NCBI GenBank assembly: GCA_050084985.1 | Contig: JBITNC010000001.1 | Span: 98,022,001 to 98,086,000, forward strand | Length of the DNA stretch: 64,000 nt | Direction: 5' to 3' | Source: Nageia nagi | Lineage: Eukaryota > Plantae > Pinophyta | Shown here: positions 50,800 to 64,000 of the stretch, piece after piece | Layout: the number at the start of each line of letters is the position of its first letter | Numbering within the stretch: the stretch's first letter is position 1 | The notes under the pieces: model-generated | Seen by the model: only the letters and a program-made list of their open reading frames with translations | Databases searched by the model: none | What the model was told of the DNA's origin: nothing | Program-made: the position numbers and the translations under genes

Positions 50800-52066
50800 C
50801 ATATAATCTTTTAATTTAGTTTTATTTATCTAATTAAAAACCCAAATAAAAAAATACCTATTTCAAGTACTAATGAGTATTACCTAATAAAAACCAAAAC
50901 AAATAAAATACCTAAATTAAATCCCAATAAATAAAATGAAAAAAAAAGAATATGATGAATATGGTGAGGAGAATCATATCTTATACAAATAGTCCAAGTG
51001 TTGGAAGGCTATGATTCATTAGATAATAAGGACCAACATTATGGATGGATGTACATCAGGTCCAAATTGAAAATATCCATGTAGAGCTAGAGCATATTTT
51101 TAGAGGATGAGGCATGTGTAGATGGAATTTTTGGGGCCACATGATGGTAAAAATAAAGTTTAATTTTATCAATGTGATGGATAATTATGTTATATCTATA
51201 CCTAGATCGAATGTGCTTGACTTCCTCTTAAGATTAGCCTCCATTCTCTATTTCTCCTATCTCTATTAAAACTAGAGGTGTTGCATTCAGATCTCTCCTT
51301 ATGTAGTGTGATTTCTTGACTTCTAGAAGATCTAATGTTAATAATAATGTTGAATCAAATTAGCAATGAACCCTTTGTCCAAGTATCCTTTTACCATGTG
51401 TGTATTTGGGAGCACTCGAAGAGAGGCAAATGGAGAAATCAAGTGCCCAAATTCCCATGAACTCAAATATGGATTGATTTGATATATTGAAGATTCTCAA
51501 ACTCATGAATTAGGAAAGTGTGTAGGTTCCATCCTTTCTTTATATTACACAAAAAATCTCTTCCTCCATGGAATTAAATACACTCACAATAGATCCAAGT
51601 AAAATGGAAATATCATAATTCTAGTAATATTTGTTACCTACAAAAATCATAAAGCACAAGATGCTTGTATATCTGAATATATGTTTATGAAAAAGATAAC
51701 ATAGATTGAAATACATTTTTAGATTTACAGACACAAAATTTTTGATTGGGATCTCCTCTCAACATAATCAAATTAATGCAACCACACCACTAGATTGATT
51801 AAACTATAATCATATCTACCTATAATTGAGGAATATAATATATTTTTTCTATGTAATTAGGTGGGAGGGCATCCTCACCAGCCTTAAAAATTAATAAATT
51901 GATATCATATTAAAAATGATTAAGTAAAATAAATTTCTCATAGTATTGCACTTAAATAGTTAGATAAAAACTTAGAATAGGATAATAACTTTTACTAAGT
52001 TGTTACAACAACTAACAAACAATTAAAAATACATATAACCTACTATATAATAAACTAACTATAATA

Positions 52067-55000
52067 TGTAATATTCTAATTTTTAATTATCAACATTATA
52101 TATATCAGATCATGTGTTAATATTAATATATGGTTAGGTAAGTATTATGTGGCTAAAGTAAGTAGAAAATAATAGAATAAAAAAAGAAAAGAGGGAAAAA
52201 TAAGGGTAATTCTATGTTAAGAGAAATAAGAGAATAATAGTCATTAAAACAAAAAAATAAAATAAAATAAGTATCTCAATGGAGAATTAGGGTTCAGAGG
52301 AATAAAAGAGGAATTAGACTTTATTTTGCACATCTGTTATTGGCATATTTCTCTCTCATTTTGGTTTTGGCTAAAAAGTCATCTCCATTTCTTCTAAGGA
52401 TGAAAACCTTTGAAGACCAATCCCGAGGATGAAAACCCTTATAGATTCAAAGACAAAGGATAACACCCCTAAGTATCCAAAAATAACATATGCAAACCTT
52501 GAGTTTCCTATACCATTGGAGTAGTATCGAATAATTATCATGCCCTAATGAGGCAAACTTCCCTATTTATAGCATGCATGATAAATTATGGCAGCCAGGA
52601 AAGGCCACATCCCATATCTAATGATTATTATTATAGATTTTGAGAATTTTTTAAGCATATTGGTAAAATAAGGGAAACATTTAAGTTTTAGGCACATTGG
52701 ATGATGTTTGAAGACTAATTTCCCTATTCTATTAGTAGATCAACATGGTTTAGATTCCCATTTCAACTAATTTGCATTCCAAGACTCTAACATCCCATGT
52801 GGGGCACTATCTTTAGTTCAAGAAATCATATTTTATGTTTGTGAGTTGATATATAATCATTTTTAGAATTATTTATGGAATTTATCTTCCATATTTCAAA
52901 TCTAATATAAATCTAGTGTTCTGAGTGTTGTATGCTAAAAATTTGAACATTCCTATGAATTAAATTTGTAGATCAGAATTCTATTTAGATAGATTTTATT
53001 TTTATTTGGAAAAATATTGCACTATTGCTAGGGTTTTGAAATTTCTCATAAGTGGGTCATGATAGTGGTAGTAGAGCTTTGATCTTGCCATCATATGGAA
53101 GATCCATTAGATATAATAGATTTATAAGTATTTTGAATAGATCTATAGTATTTTTAACTAGATGTAGTAGATCTAGCATTATTACAAGTAGATCCAATAG
53201 ATCTAGCTATATTTTGATCAAATCCAATAGATCCACTATTATCTTGAGTAGATCTAATATTATTGTGAGTAGATCTAATAGATATACCATTATTACAAGG
53301 AGATAGTGTATATTTGGTATTATTTTGTATAGATCCAACACTAAATTGAGTAGATCTCATATTTTTAGAAATTTAGACATAGGGTTTTATGGAAGAAAAC
53401 ATTATGGGTATTTCAAATTTAGCATATTTAGGGTTTTATGAGTCAAAGGCCTTCAATAAGTCATCAATATTAGACCAAATTTAGCAGGATCAGAATATTT
53501 TAGTTATAAAAGAAAATCCTACCTCAAAAGAACCAAAAATTACACCAAAAGATAAAGTAAAAGCTTTTGTAGCCATGGGTGACCGTGACCAAAGAGATGA
53601 TTTTGCAACAAAAATATTTGGTGAGATGGTAGAATTATTAAAGGAAATAGGAGCTAGTAACCATAAAATGAATAAGGAAGGAAAATATTGATAGAAAAAA
53701 GTTTCTAAAAACCCTTTAGATCAATGTTTTTACAACAAGCACAACCAAAAATTGATGATGATGATGTAGAATATGAAGCATTATTTGATAAGTTTATGCA
53801 AAAATCAGAAGCCTTTCGTGGAGCTGCAAAATTTTCAAATTATGTGTTAATGAAAGATAGAATATTTAGTGGAAAAAAACTAGCAACAAAACCACATAAG
53901 ATACTATAATAGAAAATGCAAGTTTCAACCTTTAATGGTATTGAAGGTTTATCAGCTAGGGATTGCATTCAAAATTTCAAACCTTCTTCACTCTTGACCC
54001 CATAGGTTAAACATTTGCACTACAATTACCCACATTTAATCTAGAAGGTAAAGCTAGTGAGTGGTGGCATAATGTGATTATCACCCAAGTACATGATAAA
54101 ATCACTACATTTGATGAGTTTATTGAGAGGTTCCTAGAAAGGTTTGAAAATAAGGATGTTGAAGAATATTTTAAGGAGTTGACAACATGTAGGCAAATAG
54201 ATACACTCTCTAACTACGTAGAGGAATTTGAAAGAATTTTAATTATAGTGCATGATATTTCACCCAAAAGAATGATCTATCTCTTTTTGGATGGTCTGAA
54301 AGAACCAAATTAAGAGGTCTAATCAAATCTTTCTCTCCTCCAACACTCCAAGAAGTTATATAAAGGGCCCTATTACAAGAGCATACTCTTGATCCCTATA
54401 CAATTTCAAAATCAAGTGTGTCACAAAAAGGAAAAGGCATGAAGAAACATCTAAACCATGGAACAAGATGAACGTATGTGAAGAGAAAGCAATTCAGCCA
54501 CAAATACCTCCAACACCATTCTCAAAAAGTATGGATGAAGTTACTAGGAATGAACTAAGAAGGAAAAAGCTTTTCTTTAGTTGCAAGAAGCGTTAGGATC
54601 CTAATCATATATGCTTGATAAAGGGAGAGATACACTACATTGAGGTGAAATCAAAAAGTGATTTAGATAACAAATCATATTCTTCAATTGAAAATGGAAA
54701 TCTAGGAGCAAGAAACTAAAGAACAACTAAAACAAAAACTCAAAGAAAAATCAAATGGTAATACACCTCATGTTTACACTTCGCTTGTTACTTTATTAGC
54801 TCTGCATTATGTACCTCAATTCCTTACCATAAAAGTATTAGGAATATTTTTAGTAGCTCTTTATAATAGCAATTTGATTGATGTTGAAGGGAGTTCTTGC
54901 ATTACTAGTTTCTTCATACTTAGCAGTATGTTTCATTTCTATGGGAAGCATTGTTTTAACCAAATTACAATTTCAATATTAAGAGATGCATTTCCAACCA

Positions 55001-56876
55001 TTAGAGACTTTGGTACTGCTTGTTTTAAGCTTGAGTATGGGAATCAATTTCAAGCTTTTTCACACATGTCATACACATTTAGTTCAACCTTGGAACAATA
55101 ATATAAAAAGGTATGTGGATTGAATTGGATAAAAGAAGTTGCTCATGATAAAGTTATTGATTTTCTTCTTTTCTCAATTAAAACATATGGGCTAGGAAAC
55201 TTCACTTATGAATTTAAAGATAAGGATAATGAAATTGTTATACATTCAAATTTTAGTCCTTATTTCATTAATTTGATCATTAGCTTGATCTCATCCATAT
55301 ATGATATAGCCATGAGAAATAATGAAGATATAAGTTTGGATGATTGTAAGTCACTATTTGTTGTTAGAAAAAGAAGAAATCAGACCTATCATTCAATCAC
55401 TTTCCCAACAACTCATCCATTATCATTGTTTGTATATTGATACCCATGCATGGTACAACTATAAGGAGTGTTAGAACACTTCATTTAGATGCATTTTGGG
55501 AATGTGAACAAACCTATTTTACTATTGTAATTAAAAAAAATAGAAGTTATTAATTATCTAAGATTGTTTAGGTAACAAGGAATTAGTTGGGTTTTCACTT
55601 TATTTGGATGTATATGGATATATGGAACAATTCCTATATAACCTTGGTGAAGTATTATTTGGGTAGTATATAGGTTTGGCATTCTTCTTTGATAAGAAAC
55701 CAAGGTTGGAACAATTTGGAAGAATAATTTTGATGTTGTTTTTTACATATAACTTTGGATATTTATCATGGAAACATGTTAAGAATTTCTTGAGGTCAAT
55801 GGGATCATTCTTGGTCATGTTATGAATTGATTTGATGGAGCTTGTGATTGTATTGCTTGAGGAAAAACAATCTTAGGAGGGTATGTATTGTAATGTACTA
55901 ATTTTTAATTATCAATATTATATATATAAGGTGGTGTGTTAGTAATAATTATGTGGTTTAGGTAAGTATTATATGGCTAAGGTAAGTGGAGACTAATAAA
56001 ATCAAAAATAAAAGGGGGGAAAATAAGGGTAATGCCACATTAAGGGAAATAAGAGCATGATAGTTACTTAATTAAAATAAAATAAAATAATTCCCTCAAC
56101 AAAGAATTAGTGTTCAAAGAAATAAAAGAGCAATTGGAATTCTTTTTGCATATCTATTGTTGACATAATTTCTCTCTCATTTGAATTTTAGCTAAAAAGT
56201 CATCTCCATTTCTCTTGAGGATGAAAATCCTCTTAAGACCAATCTCTAAGGATGAAAAACCTTAGAGATTTAGAGATAAAGGATGACACCCCTAAGTCTT
56301 TGAAAATAATAGATGAAAATATTAAGTTTCCTATACCATTTAAGAAACATTGAAGAATTATTATTCCCTAGGGAGGTAGACTTCCCTATTTAGAGCATGC
56401 ATGATAGATTCTGGTAGCCAAGAAAGGTCACATTCCATATCTAGTGATTATTATTGTAGATTTTGAGAATTGTTTAAGCATATTGGTAGAAATAAGGGCA
56501 ATGTTTGATTTTGAGGCATATTTTATGATGTTTGAATATTGAATTCCCTATTCCATAAGTATATCAACAAGGTTTGGATGCCCATTTTAGCTAATTTATA
56601 TTCCAAGAATCCAACTTCCCATTTGGGGCACTATCTTTAGTTCAAGAAATCAGATTTGATGTTTATGAGTTGATATATAATCATTTATGTATTTTATCTT
56701 CCATATATTAGATCTAATATAAATCCAATGTTGTGAGTGTTATCTAATGAGCATTTTAGCAATACCATGAATTAAATATGTAGATCAAAATTCTATTTAG
56801 ATACATTTTATTTTTGTTTGGAGAAATATTACACTATTGCTAGGGTTTTAAAATTTCTCAAAAGTGGATCATCACA
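52067..56876 (+). mobile_element. Element F: gag-only Ty3/gypsy (chromovirus-derived) LTR element
   Basis: LTRs 52067-53064 and 55889-56876 (~1 kb); PBS tggtagtagagc at 53066; TSD TAATA at 52062-52066 and 56877-56881; gag ASEWW..FDEFIERFLERF..ELRRKKLFFSCK; PPT aggaggg. No RT, RH or INT. Confidence 0.9.
53098..53357. repeat. Degenerate tandem repeat rich in AGATCT/AGATCC in the leader of element F
   Basis: Repeated agtagatc(c/t)aatagatc(c/t)a..attatt units. These account for the spurious SRSNRS ORF 53052-53306. Confidence 0.75.
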
Positions 56877-56881
56877 TAATA

Positions 56882-59800
56882 TTTTTAACATGAAAGAATC
56901 TAGAACCAAGGTCCATGTATTAAATGTATATGCTCAAAATACTCTCTTGGGTAGATGAGCACTGTGTATATATATAAAAAGATTGATGGAGAAAAAGCTA
57001 GGGGATCCATAGATCATAGTTGGAGATTTTAATACGTTGTAAATTTGTTTGAGAAATTGGATGGCATCCTAGATGCACCATAACTTTTTGTAATGAATGA
57101 TCTTCAAAATTTTATTGATAATTTAAGGCTTATTGATTTATATTTCCATCATAGCAAATACACTTGGAATAGTAGGAGGGCATGATTGGTGTTGTTCATG
57201 AGTTGATTAGATAAAATCTTAGGATCATAGGCTTAGATATGTATATACCCAAACCTTATTCTAAAATCCCTACCCATAATCAAATCATACCATAATCCCT
57301 TGATGTTGGAAGTTTAAGTTTAAGAATTAATAAGAACCCCCTTCCATTTTGAAAATATGTGGCTTAGCTAAGATTCAAGAGTGACGAAATGTGATAGTAC
57401 ACAAAACTAAAATATTTGAGATAATTAACCAAAAAAATATAATATATCAAATTAAAATTAGAAACAAATAATATAAAGAAAATTGACAATCGAATTGAAA
57501 GATATGGGATTACCTAGGAACTTATAAAAGAGGAAAAGGAGGCCTTATGTAGATTCCATATAACTTTGTTAAATGAATATAAGCATTAGAGATAAAAATT
57601 TAGAGTAACATGGTTCAAGGTCAGTGATTATACCACTAGATTTTTTAATATGGCTACCTTCAAGCATAAGGTGACAAATGGAATTTGGCAAATCAAGGAT
57701 GATCAAGAAATTATTACTCGAGATCTAAAAATAATCAAAGAAATTAAAGTTCATTTCTTTCATAATTTATTATCACTGGAAGAGACACCTAATGAAAGAA
57801 TAATGGAGGAAATCCTAGAACATATTCCCTAAATGATATTAGAAGATCAAAATCATAGGTTAACAAGACCATTCTCCTTCTTAGAGATTATGGCTACAAT
57901 TTTTTCTATGGAACATAATAAAATTCCAAGTTTGGATGGATTTCTCATTAAATATTTTTTATTTTTAGGCACATTATGGGGAAGGATCTATTCAAGGAAG
58001 TCCATGAGTTTTAAACATTAGCCAAATTTTGAAATCTTGGAATGCAAAATTTCTAGTGCTAATTACCAAAGTCAATGATGCAAAGGAGTTCAAATGCTTC
58101 TACCCAATTAGCTTATGTAATGTAATCTACAAAATTGTGATCACGATATTGGATAATAAACTCAATTTTTTTTTTTTTACAAAATATCATTTCTCCCAAG
58201 AATAAATAATTATTTATGGAATAATTGAGCTCCATGAGGTCCCACACTCAACTCAAACAAGGAATGAAGAGGCTTTCTTCCTAAAATTGTATATGAAAAA
58301 GGCATACGATCGGGCTAACTAGTCTTTCTTGGATAAAATATGTGAAAAATTGGTTTTTCTTAGATATGAAATTATGGATCCAATAATGCATATATATGGC
58401 CTCCTTTACAATATTAATCAATGGGGAAGCTACGAGTTTCTTCCAATCTCATATAGGTATATGACAAGATGATCCTATATCCCCATATTTGTTCATTATA
58501 ATGGTATAAGTTCTTGGTAGAAGAATTGAGAACTAGAAAGTTATAGGAAAGATTAAATATCTTGCTTTATCCTTTCCCTAAATACAATAACTTGTAATCA
58601 ACTTATGGATGATACAATTATTATAGGGAATGCATATGTGATGGATGTTAAGAATTTTCAAAATATTCTAAAGGACTATGAAGGTGCAACACAACAATAA
58701 ATTAACCTTGAAAAAAGTAAGTTATTTTTCACTCATACCCTTATTTTCTAGATAATGAAAAATTATAGGCATGTTTGAATGCCAACTTGAATCCCTTCCA
58801 AGTATTTACTATGGAATGCTAATATTTTTTGGGCCTTCAAAGGAATCATTATGATTAAATTTGTTGGAAAGATTTCAAAGGAAACTTGCAGGGTGGACGG
58901 GTGCAACTCTAAGTCTAGCAAGAAAGTGCTTCTTGGTAAAGATAGTCTTACAAATATTTCTAGTCTAATATGCATCAATTTTTAAGGTTCCTATAGGATT
59001 TGTGATAAAATTAACTAGATCTATAATAAATTTCTTTGGACTAGAATGGAGGAAAAGAAAAAAATGGCATTGGTCAACTAAGAAAAAGTGTGCAAGCAAA
59101 AGATGGATGGTGGGCCCTGTTTGAGAACTATCAAGCAATTTAATAGTGCTCTCATAGGCAAATTGGCTTGGAAGCTTAGTGGTAATGAGAATAGAAACTA
59201 GGTTATAAAATGTCAATCAAAATATTTGGAACCTAAAACCAACTTCCTTATAATAGATCAAATTATAAAATGTTCATCCTTCTAGAATAGTTTGATGAAA
59301 GTTAGAATAATTCTCTAGAATAATTCTTCTTGGAGATTATGGGATGTGAAACTAATTCATTTTTGGAATGATGAATGGGTAGGTAATGAACCTTTTTGTT
59401 AAGAAGAGGGGATGAAGGATTTATATAGATTGGGTTTAAACTCCATTAGCCTTATTATTCAATATTATATCCAAGATGAAAATGGGAAAAGATCTTGGAT
59501 GAAACTACAACCTCCAAATCAAAACCTTAAAACTGTAGTAGATATACAAATGAAATACTTAAACTTATTCCAATTCCATCGATTGATAGAATAAAATAAT
59601 CCTTTATTTAAAAGCTAGGTAATAATGGAAGCTACATAGTCAAATTAGGCTACAAATCTCTCAATATTCCTTCTATCAAAACCTTCCTAGAAAAGAAGAT
59701 TTGGATCAAAGGTATAACACCAAAAGTTTACTATTTTCAATGGTTGATTTATGAAAATAGGATTTTTATGCTTGATAATTTAGGAAGAAAGGTATGATTT

Positions 59801-61859
59801 CCCCAACCAATGCTCCTTTTATTTTAAGGATGAAAAAATTGCAAAGCACTTATGTTTTCATTATCCCTATACTAAGGAAATATGGAAAGAAATTATGGGG
59901 GATAAAATTTAGAAACTAAAAAATTACAATCTCATAAGCTATTACCAATGGTCACCAATCATGGAAGATAGATCTAAAAGGAAGTGGTAGTCCTTTGCAC
60001 TTCCACATATTCTTTGAAAATTTTATAAGGAAAGAAACCATATAATATTTCAAGAGAGGATAATGACATCACAAAGATTAATTGATAATATTATGTAAAG
60101 GAATGATGAGAATTTGGGAGTTTGCAATAAGAAGCCCCTTAATCAAAACCTTTTTGATAAAGAGGTAGGGGTGACTATGATATCACATGAGTGGGGTGGC
60201 ATGTTAGCTTCACATGAATACCATAGGTAAGTTATGGATTGATGAGATTAGAACCATTAATCAAAATACCAAATGAAATACTAACATTGGAAGAGAAAGA
60301 TGTTGAAGAGGTGATAATTATGGTGAAGGCAACTTTCCAAAGTCACTTTCTTTTCAAAATTTCATTGTGTAAAATGATAGGCCAAAAGTGAATGGAGACA
60401 AAAAACATAGGAATATATTCAAAGAGGATCTAGTTTTTTGGGATATTCTTTTCAATAGTGGTATCAGGGGATTTATGGAGGCCTTGGAAGGTTACAGTTA
60501 GGATTGGTGTTAATAGATTACTAAATCATGGGATGAAGGAAGAGTGATGTAGATGGTGTCTAGTTTTTTATTAATATCAAACTTATTGAGGTAGCAACAA
60601 AGATGATAAATTCTAGAGTGAATAATTGTAGAGAGATGAAAGCATCCATGAAGGATGTAATAACTTTATTTAGTTCAAGGGAACTAGTGCCCAATAGGAG
60701 AAAATTTGCATATCCCATTTATTTAATTACCTATATATGGTATGAAATTACTAAGGTGATTATCACATTAATCATAATTTAAGAGTGATACACTAAAATC
60801 TACAACCACCACTTTATCCTTTTATCCCATTTTAGAGGTAGATTTGAGATGAATTTGCTTACTTTTTGTTTCAATCACTAGATATTTACATTCATAGAAA
60901 TAAGTACAGTATTCCTATTCACTAGATATTGATCAAGATTTTGGTCAATTTTATGTATAGGAGGGCTAGGTTTATAGTCCCTCTATAATAATTTATCCCT
61001 AACTCTCCTCATATGGATAATCAACCTTCTACCCCTATTCACCCCCACCTCCACTATTTCCTTTCCCACTCTTGACATCCCCACCTCCCTTAATTTCCTT
61101 TATGGATTGCCCCCCACCATCCTTATCCCCTTTTGTTATCCTCTTATCTTCTTCTAAGTCCTCTGATCATGGGGATGTATTAAACTCTCATAATTAATTT
61201 CCCTTAGAAGAGGAAGAGGTGCAATCAAGGAAAAGCCACAACAAACATTGGATTTCATTTGGTTCGAATGATTCAAACATGTTTTAGGATATGTTGAGCC
61301 CAAACATGGAAGAGGTACAAAGCATGAAGCAAACCTTGAGGCAAAATAAAAGAGATAAATTTAAATTCTTCTTTTAAAGAGTGAAATTTGGTAAAGGTCA
61401 AGAATGGGAGAATGCATTGAAAGTTGTAAGATAGGTTGCAAGATCTCACTATGATGTTCTTCACGTAATGGGAAGTTGGGGGAAAGCAATGGCCAATGAT
61501 CATAGGTACAACAAATGAGAACATCCCCTAGGTGAGCTGGTGCAAAAATAAGATGAATTTAATGAAGAAAAAATGGAAACTCTATGTACTTTCATGGATT
61601 TAATCAATTCAAAACTTGTCAAAAATAATGAATTAAATCTGGATAGTTTGTAAGCATGTTGATAAAGAATGATGACTATGGTGATAATAATAGGATTGAT
61701 ACCCTAGACACTAATGCTTAGATATGGGATGATTAGATTTAATGAATGCAATTTATTTCATATGGAATTTGTATTGAAAATTCAAAGGCATTTTAAAAAA
61801 TTAGGTTTTGGGCCCTTGTATAAAAAACCCGTCAATAAATTTACCCTTAAGCAAAAAAA
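56882..61859 (+). mobile_element. 5'-truncated decayed LINE: ORF2 (EN-RT-zf) ~56885-60100, extra downstream ORF, A-rich tail
   Basis: VLNVYAQN, IVGDFN, PSLDGF, PISLCNVIYKI, KLYMKKAYDRAN, QDDPISPYLF, QLMDDTII, FWNDEW, zf-RVT-like end; tail cccttaagcaaaaaaa at 61844-61859. Confidence 0.88.
60374..61650 (+). pseudogene. Decayed additional ORF downstream of LINE ORF2 (transposon-associated, family unconfirmed)
   Basis: Joined frames read FWDILFNSGIRGFMEALEGY...KSWDEG...LIEVAT...WYEITKVII...YTKIYNHHFILLSHFRG...AYFLFQSL...PIH*ILIKIL, then a Pro-rich and a charged segment. Confidence 0.55.
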
Positions 61860-62559
61860 GGATAAGTAATCTTTAAATAACAAGTGTATCATGTGAAGTC
61901 TATCTGTTGATAATAATAAATGATAATAAAAAAATAATTATTTATTAATGATAGATTATAAAGTAACATTCTAAATTAATTGCATGAAAGAAAATGTAAA
62001 ATACTTAAATAAGGCAAAAATGTAAGAGAATGAGGATATCTAGGGAATGAGCCATGGTACAATGTTTTCCATTATTTTTTAATAAAATGCTTAAGTGGAT
62101 AAAAACTAAAATTGTATTGGTCTAGAAATTGTAGGACAAATATTTTTAAAAATATCATTTCTTATCTTGTTATGATAGTATTTTTGGATGATAGTATTAA
62201 GTTTTTTTTATATATTTATAATTATAAGTGTTTATATTATTTGTTGAAAGTAAATTTAGGGAATGTATGAAAGGAATTGTTATCTCTTATCTATGTATCG
62301 ATAAAACTATTTATGTGGTACAAGTTTGTTTCTTATTTATATTATTCATTATTATATTCAATGTTTTTCTAAATATCTATTGATTTATGAGGATGAATCT
62401 TATTATTGTTGTATGGATATGTAATGAGAAGTTTGGTCATGTAGCCTTAATTATGATCACTTATTCCTTATATAGCAATTTTTGACACTAATGTATGAGA
62501 GAGGGCATAAATTTTATTTAATATAATCAAGGGATTATTTAGAGTAAGTTATATGATAA

Positions 62560-64000
62560 AGTTCTTACTGCATGAAAAGATGAATCTACTTTCTTATGTC
62601 ATATTGTATTTTGTATGAAATCATATTAAGTGTGTTTTGGCCATAGTATTCTTTATGATAAAGAAGGCTTAATAAAAAATTCTCATTGCATACATTAAAG
62701 CTTGATCCATTGTCTATCATGTTGTTAATTTTTAAGTGAGAGTCAATATGTGGGGGTGTATCCATGTCATAAATAATTTCATCTTTATGAAACACATACA
62801 AAAAAAAATCAATACTTCAACTATCATGCCCATAATTAACCAATACATATTTTCCTTGATTATTTGGGAATAGATTCTTAAAGGTTCCCAAGTCTTGATT
62901 TGGATAAGCTAATGGTGAAGGTGAATTATGATTTTTTCCAATGTCATATGTGGTTGTATTTTTTCAATAATATTCCCATAATATTTCTTAGATATTAACA
63001 TCTTTTGTATCATATATGTTTTTCTCTATGAAACTCATAAGTTCATCATCTTTATACCATTGTGTGACTAATGAGTCAAATAAATATGTGTGAATTTAGG
63101 ATAAATTATGAGCTTTGCATTCAATAATGATTTTGTGATATCTTCTATATAAAATTTTATAATTTTTTTTTTCTATATTTTAGTCCTGTAAGAGTAATTC
63201 CTTGTTGTTTGTTGGTAAGCAATATATTGGATGAGGTGTTGATATCATTAATACATTTATCTCAATTTCCTATTTTATTTTTAAATTTAATTTATTAAGT
63301 GAAGATTCATTATGTTTGGAACTAAAATCACTTACATGTAACAAAATCTTTTCTTAATACAAGGCTTCATGATATTTTTCACTAAATAAATTGCATCTAT
63401 GAGGATAATTATTATTATTTTAATTGAGAAAGGAAATAACCATGAAAAGTTTCATGAATATCCATATCAATATAACAATTTTGAACAATGATTAGTTTTT
63501 TCCTATACTTAATAATAAATTCACTTATTGAGTAATAAGATTTGTCTTTTATCTCATGTAGTTGAACAAGGGCTATCTTTTCAACAATGCTAATCTTGAA
63601 TGATCTACAAAGAGAAGGGAATGAAAGTTATATATGGATTTTTTCAATAATTTATAGAATTATTCAAGTGTATAACTTGAAAGACTCTTAGAAAAATAAT
63701 ACATTAGTTTTAATCATGTTAAAAACCAATGTATACTTCCTTAAATTACTTGATGTGATAGATAGGATCTTCCTAATGTGAAGTATAGGACAAAAAGCAA
63801 TAAATCTATTTGGGTATATATTAATTACAAAATGACAATTAAAAACTTTGTATTACCTTTTGTAAAAGAGGGGCTTCCTTTAATAAATGAACTCTTATTG
63901 ATAATAATGTTATATTCCATCATGTGAAGAATGAATTTCCAATCTTTGTATAGATGGATGTTGTCATGTATTATCAAATTGTAGATAAGAATTGTAAAAA
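62560..64000 (-). mobile_element. Highly decayed Ty3/gypsy gag-protease fragment
   Basis: ORF 62586-62801 contains MIDNGSSFNVC (retropepsin D-N-G-S type, as in Tat/Ogre-like elements). The upstream sequence is too degraded to read reliably. Confidence 0.5.

Noticed and set aside
53052-53360. Ser/Arg-rich overlapping ORFs
   Set aside because: They are products of the AGATCT-rich tandem repeat in the leader of element F.
46880-60100. ORF1 at 46880 and ORF2 at 56882 as one interrupted LINE
   Set aside because: Same strand and order, but the sequence left of element F does not continue the endonuclease and about 4 kb between them is unexplained, so they cannot be linked.

Overview
This is AT-rich, CpG-depleted eukaryotic DNA made almost entirely of decayed retrotransposons. 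The element types and PPR/LINE signatures suggest a large-genome plant, probably a gymnosperm (inference). There is a 100-N gap at 2137-2236. The only host-gene signals are the 5' exons of a heavy-metal-associated (HIPP/HPP-like) gene at 5218-5453, inside a CpG-retaining island, and a PPR E-domain fragment at 7921-8061. The HIPP-like gene has a CxxY instead of CxxC motif, a 158-bp hairpin upstream and an LTR just downstream. The centre (18315-46520) is a resolvable nest of five LTR elements, each with readable LTRs and a 5-bp TSD: copia A contains gypsy B, which contains mini-element C; the 3' LTR of A contains long-LTR element D, which contains element E. The most unusual items are: element E (intact cis signals, 7.3 kb interior with no recognisable gag/pol, a hairpin repeat-spacer array), a tRNA-shaped sequence in the leader of A, a gag-only gypsy whose pol is replaced by an unknown reading frame, and a LINE with a third ORF before its A-tail. 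All boundaries were read by eye, and no database searches were run.
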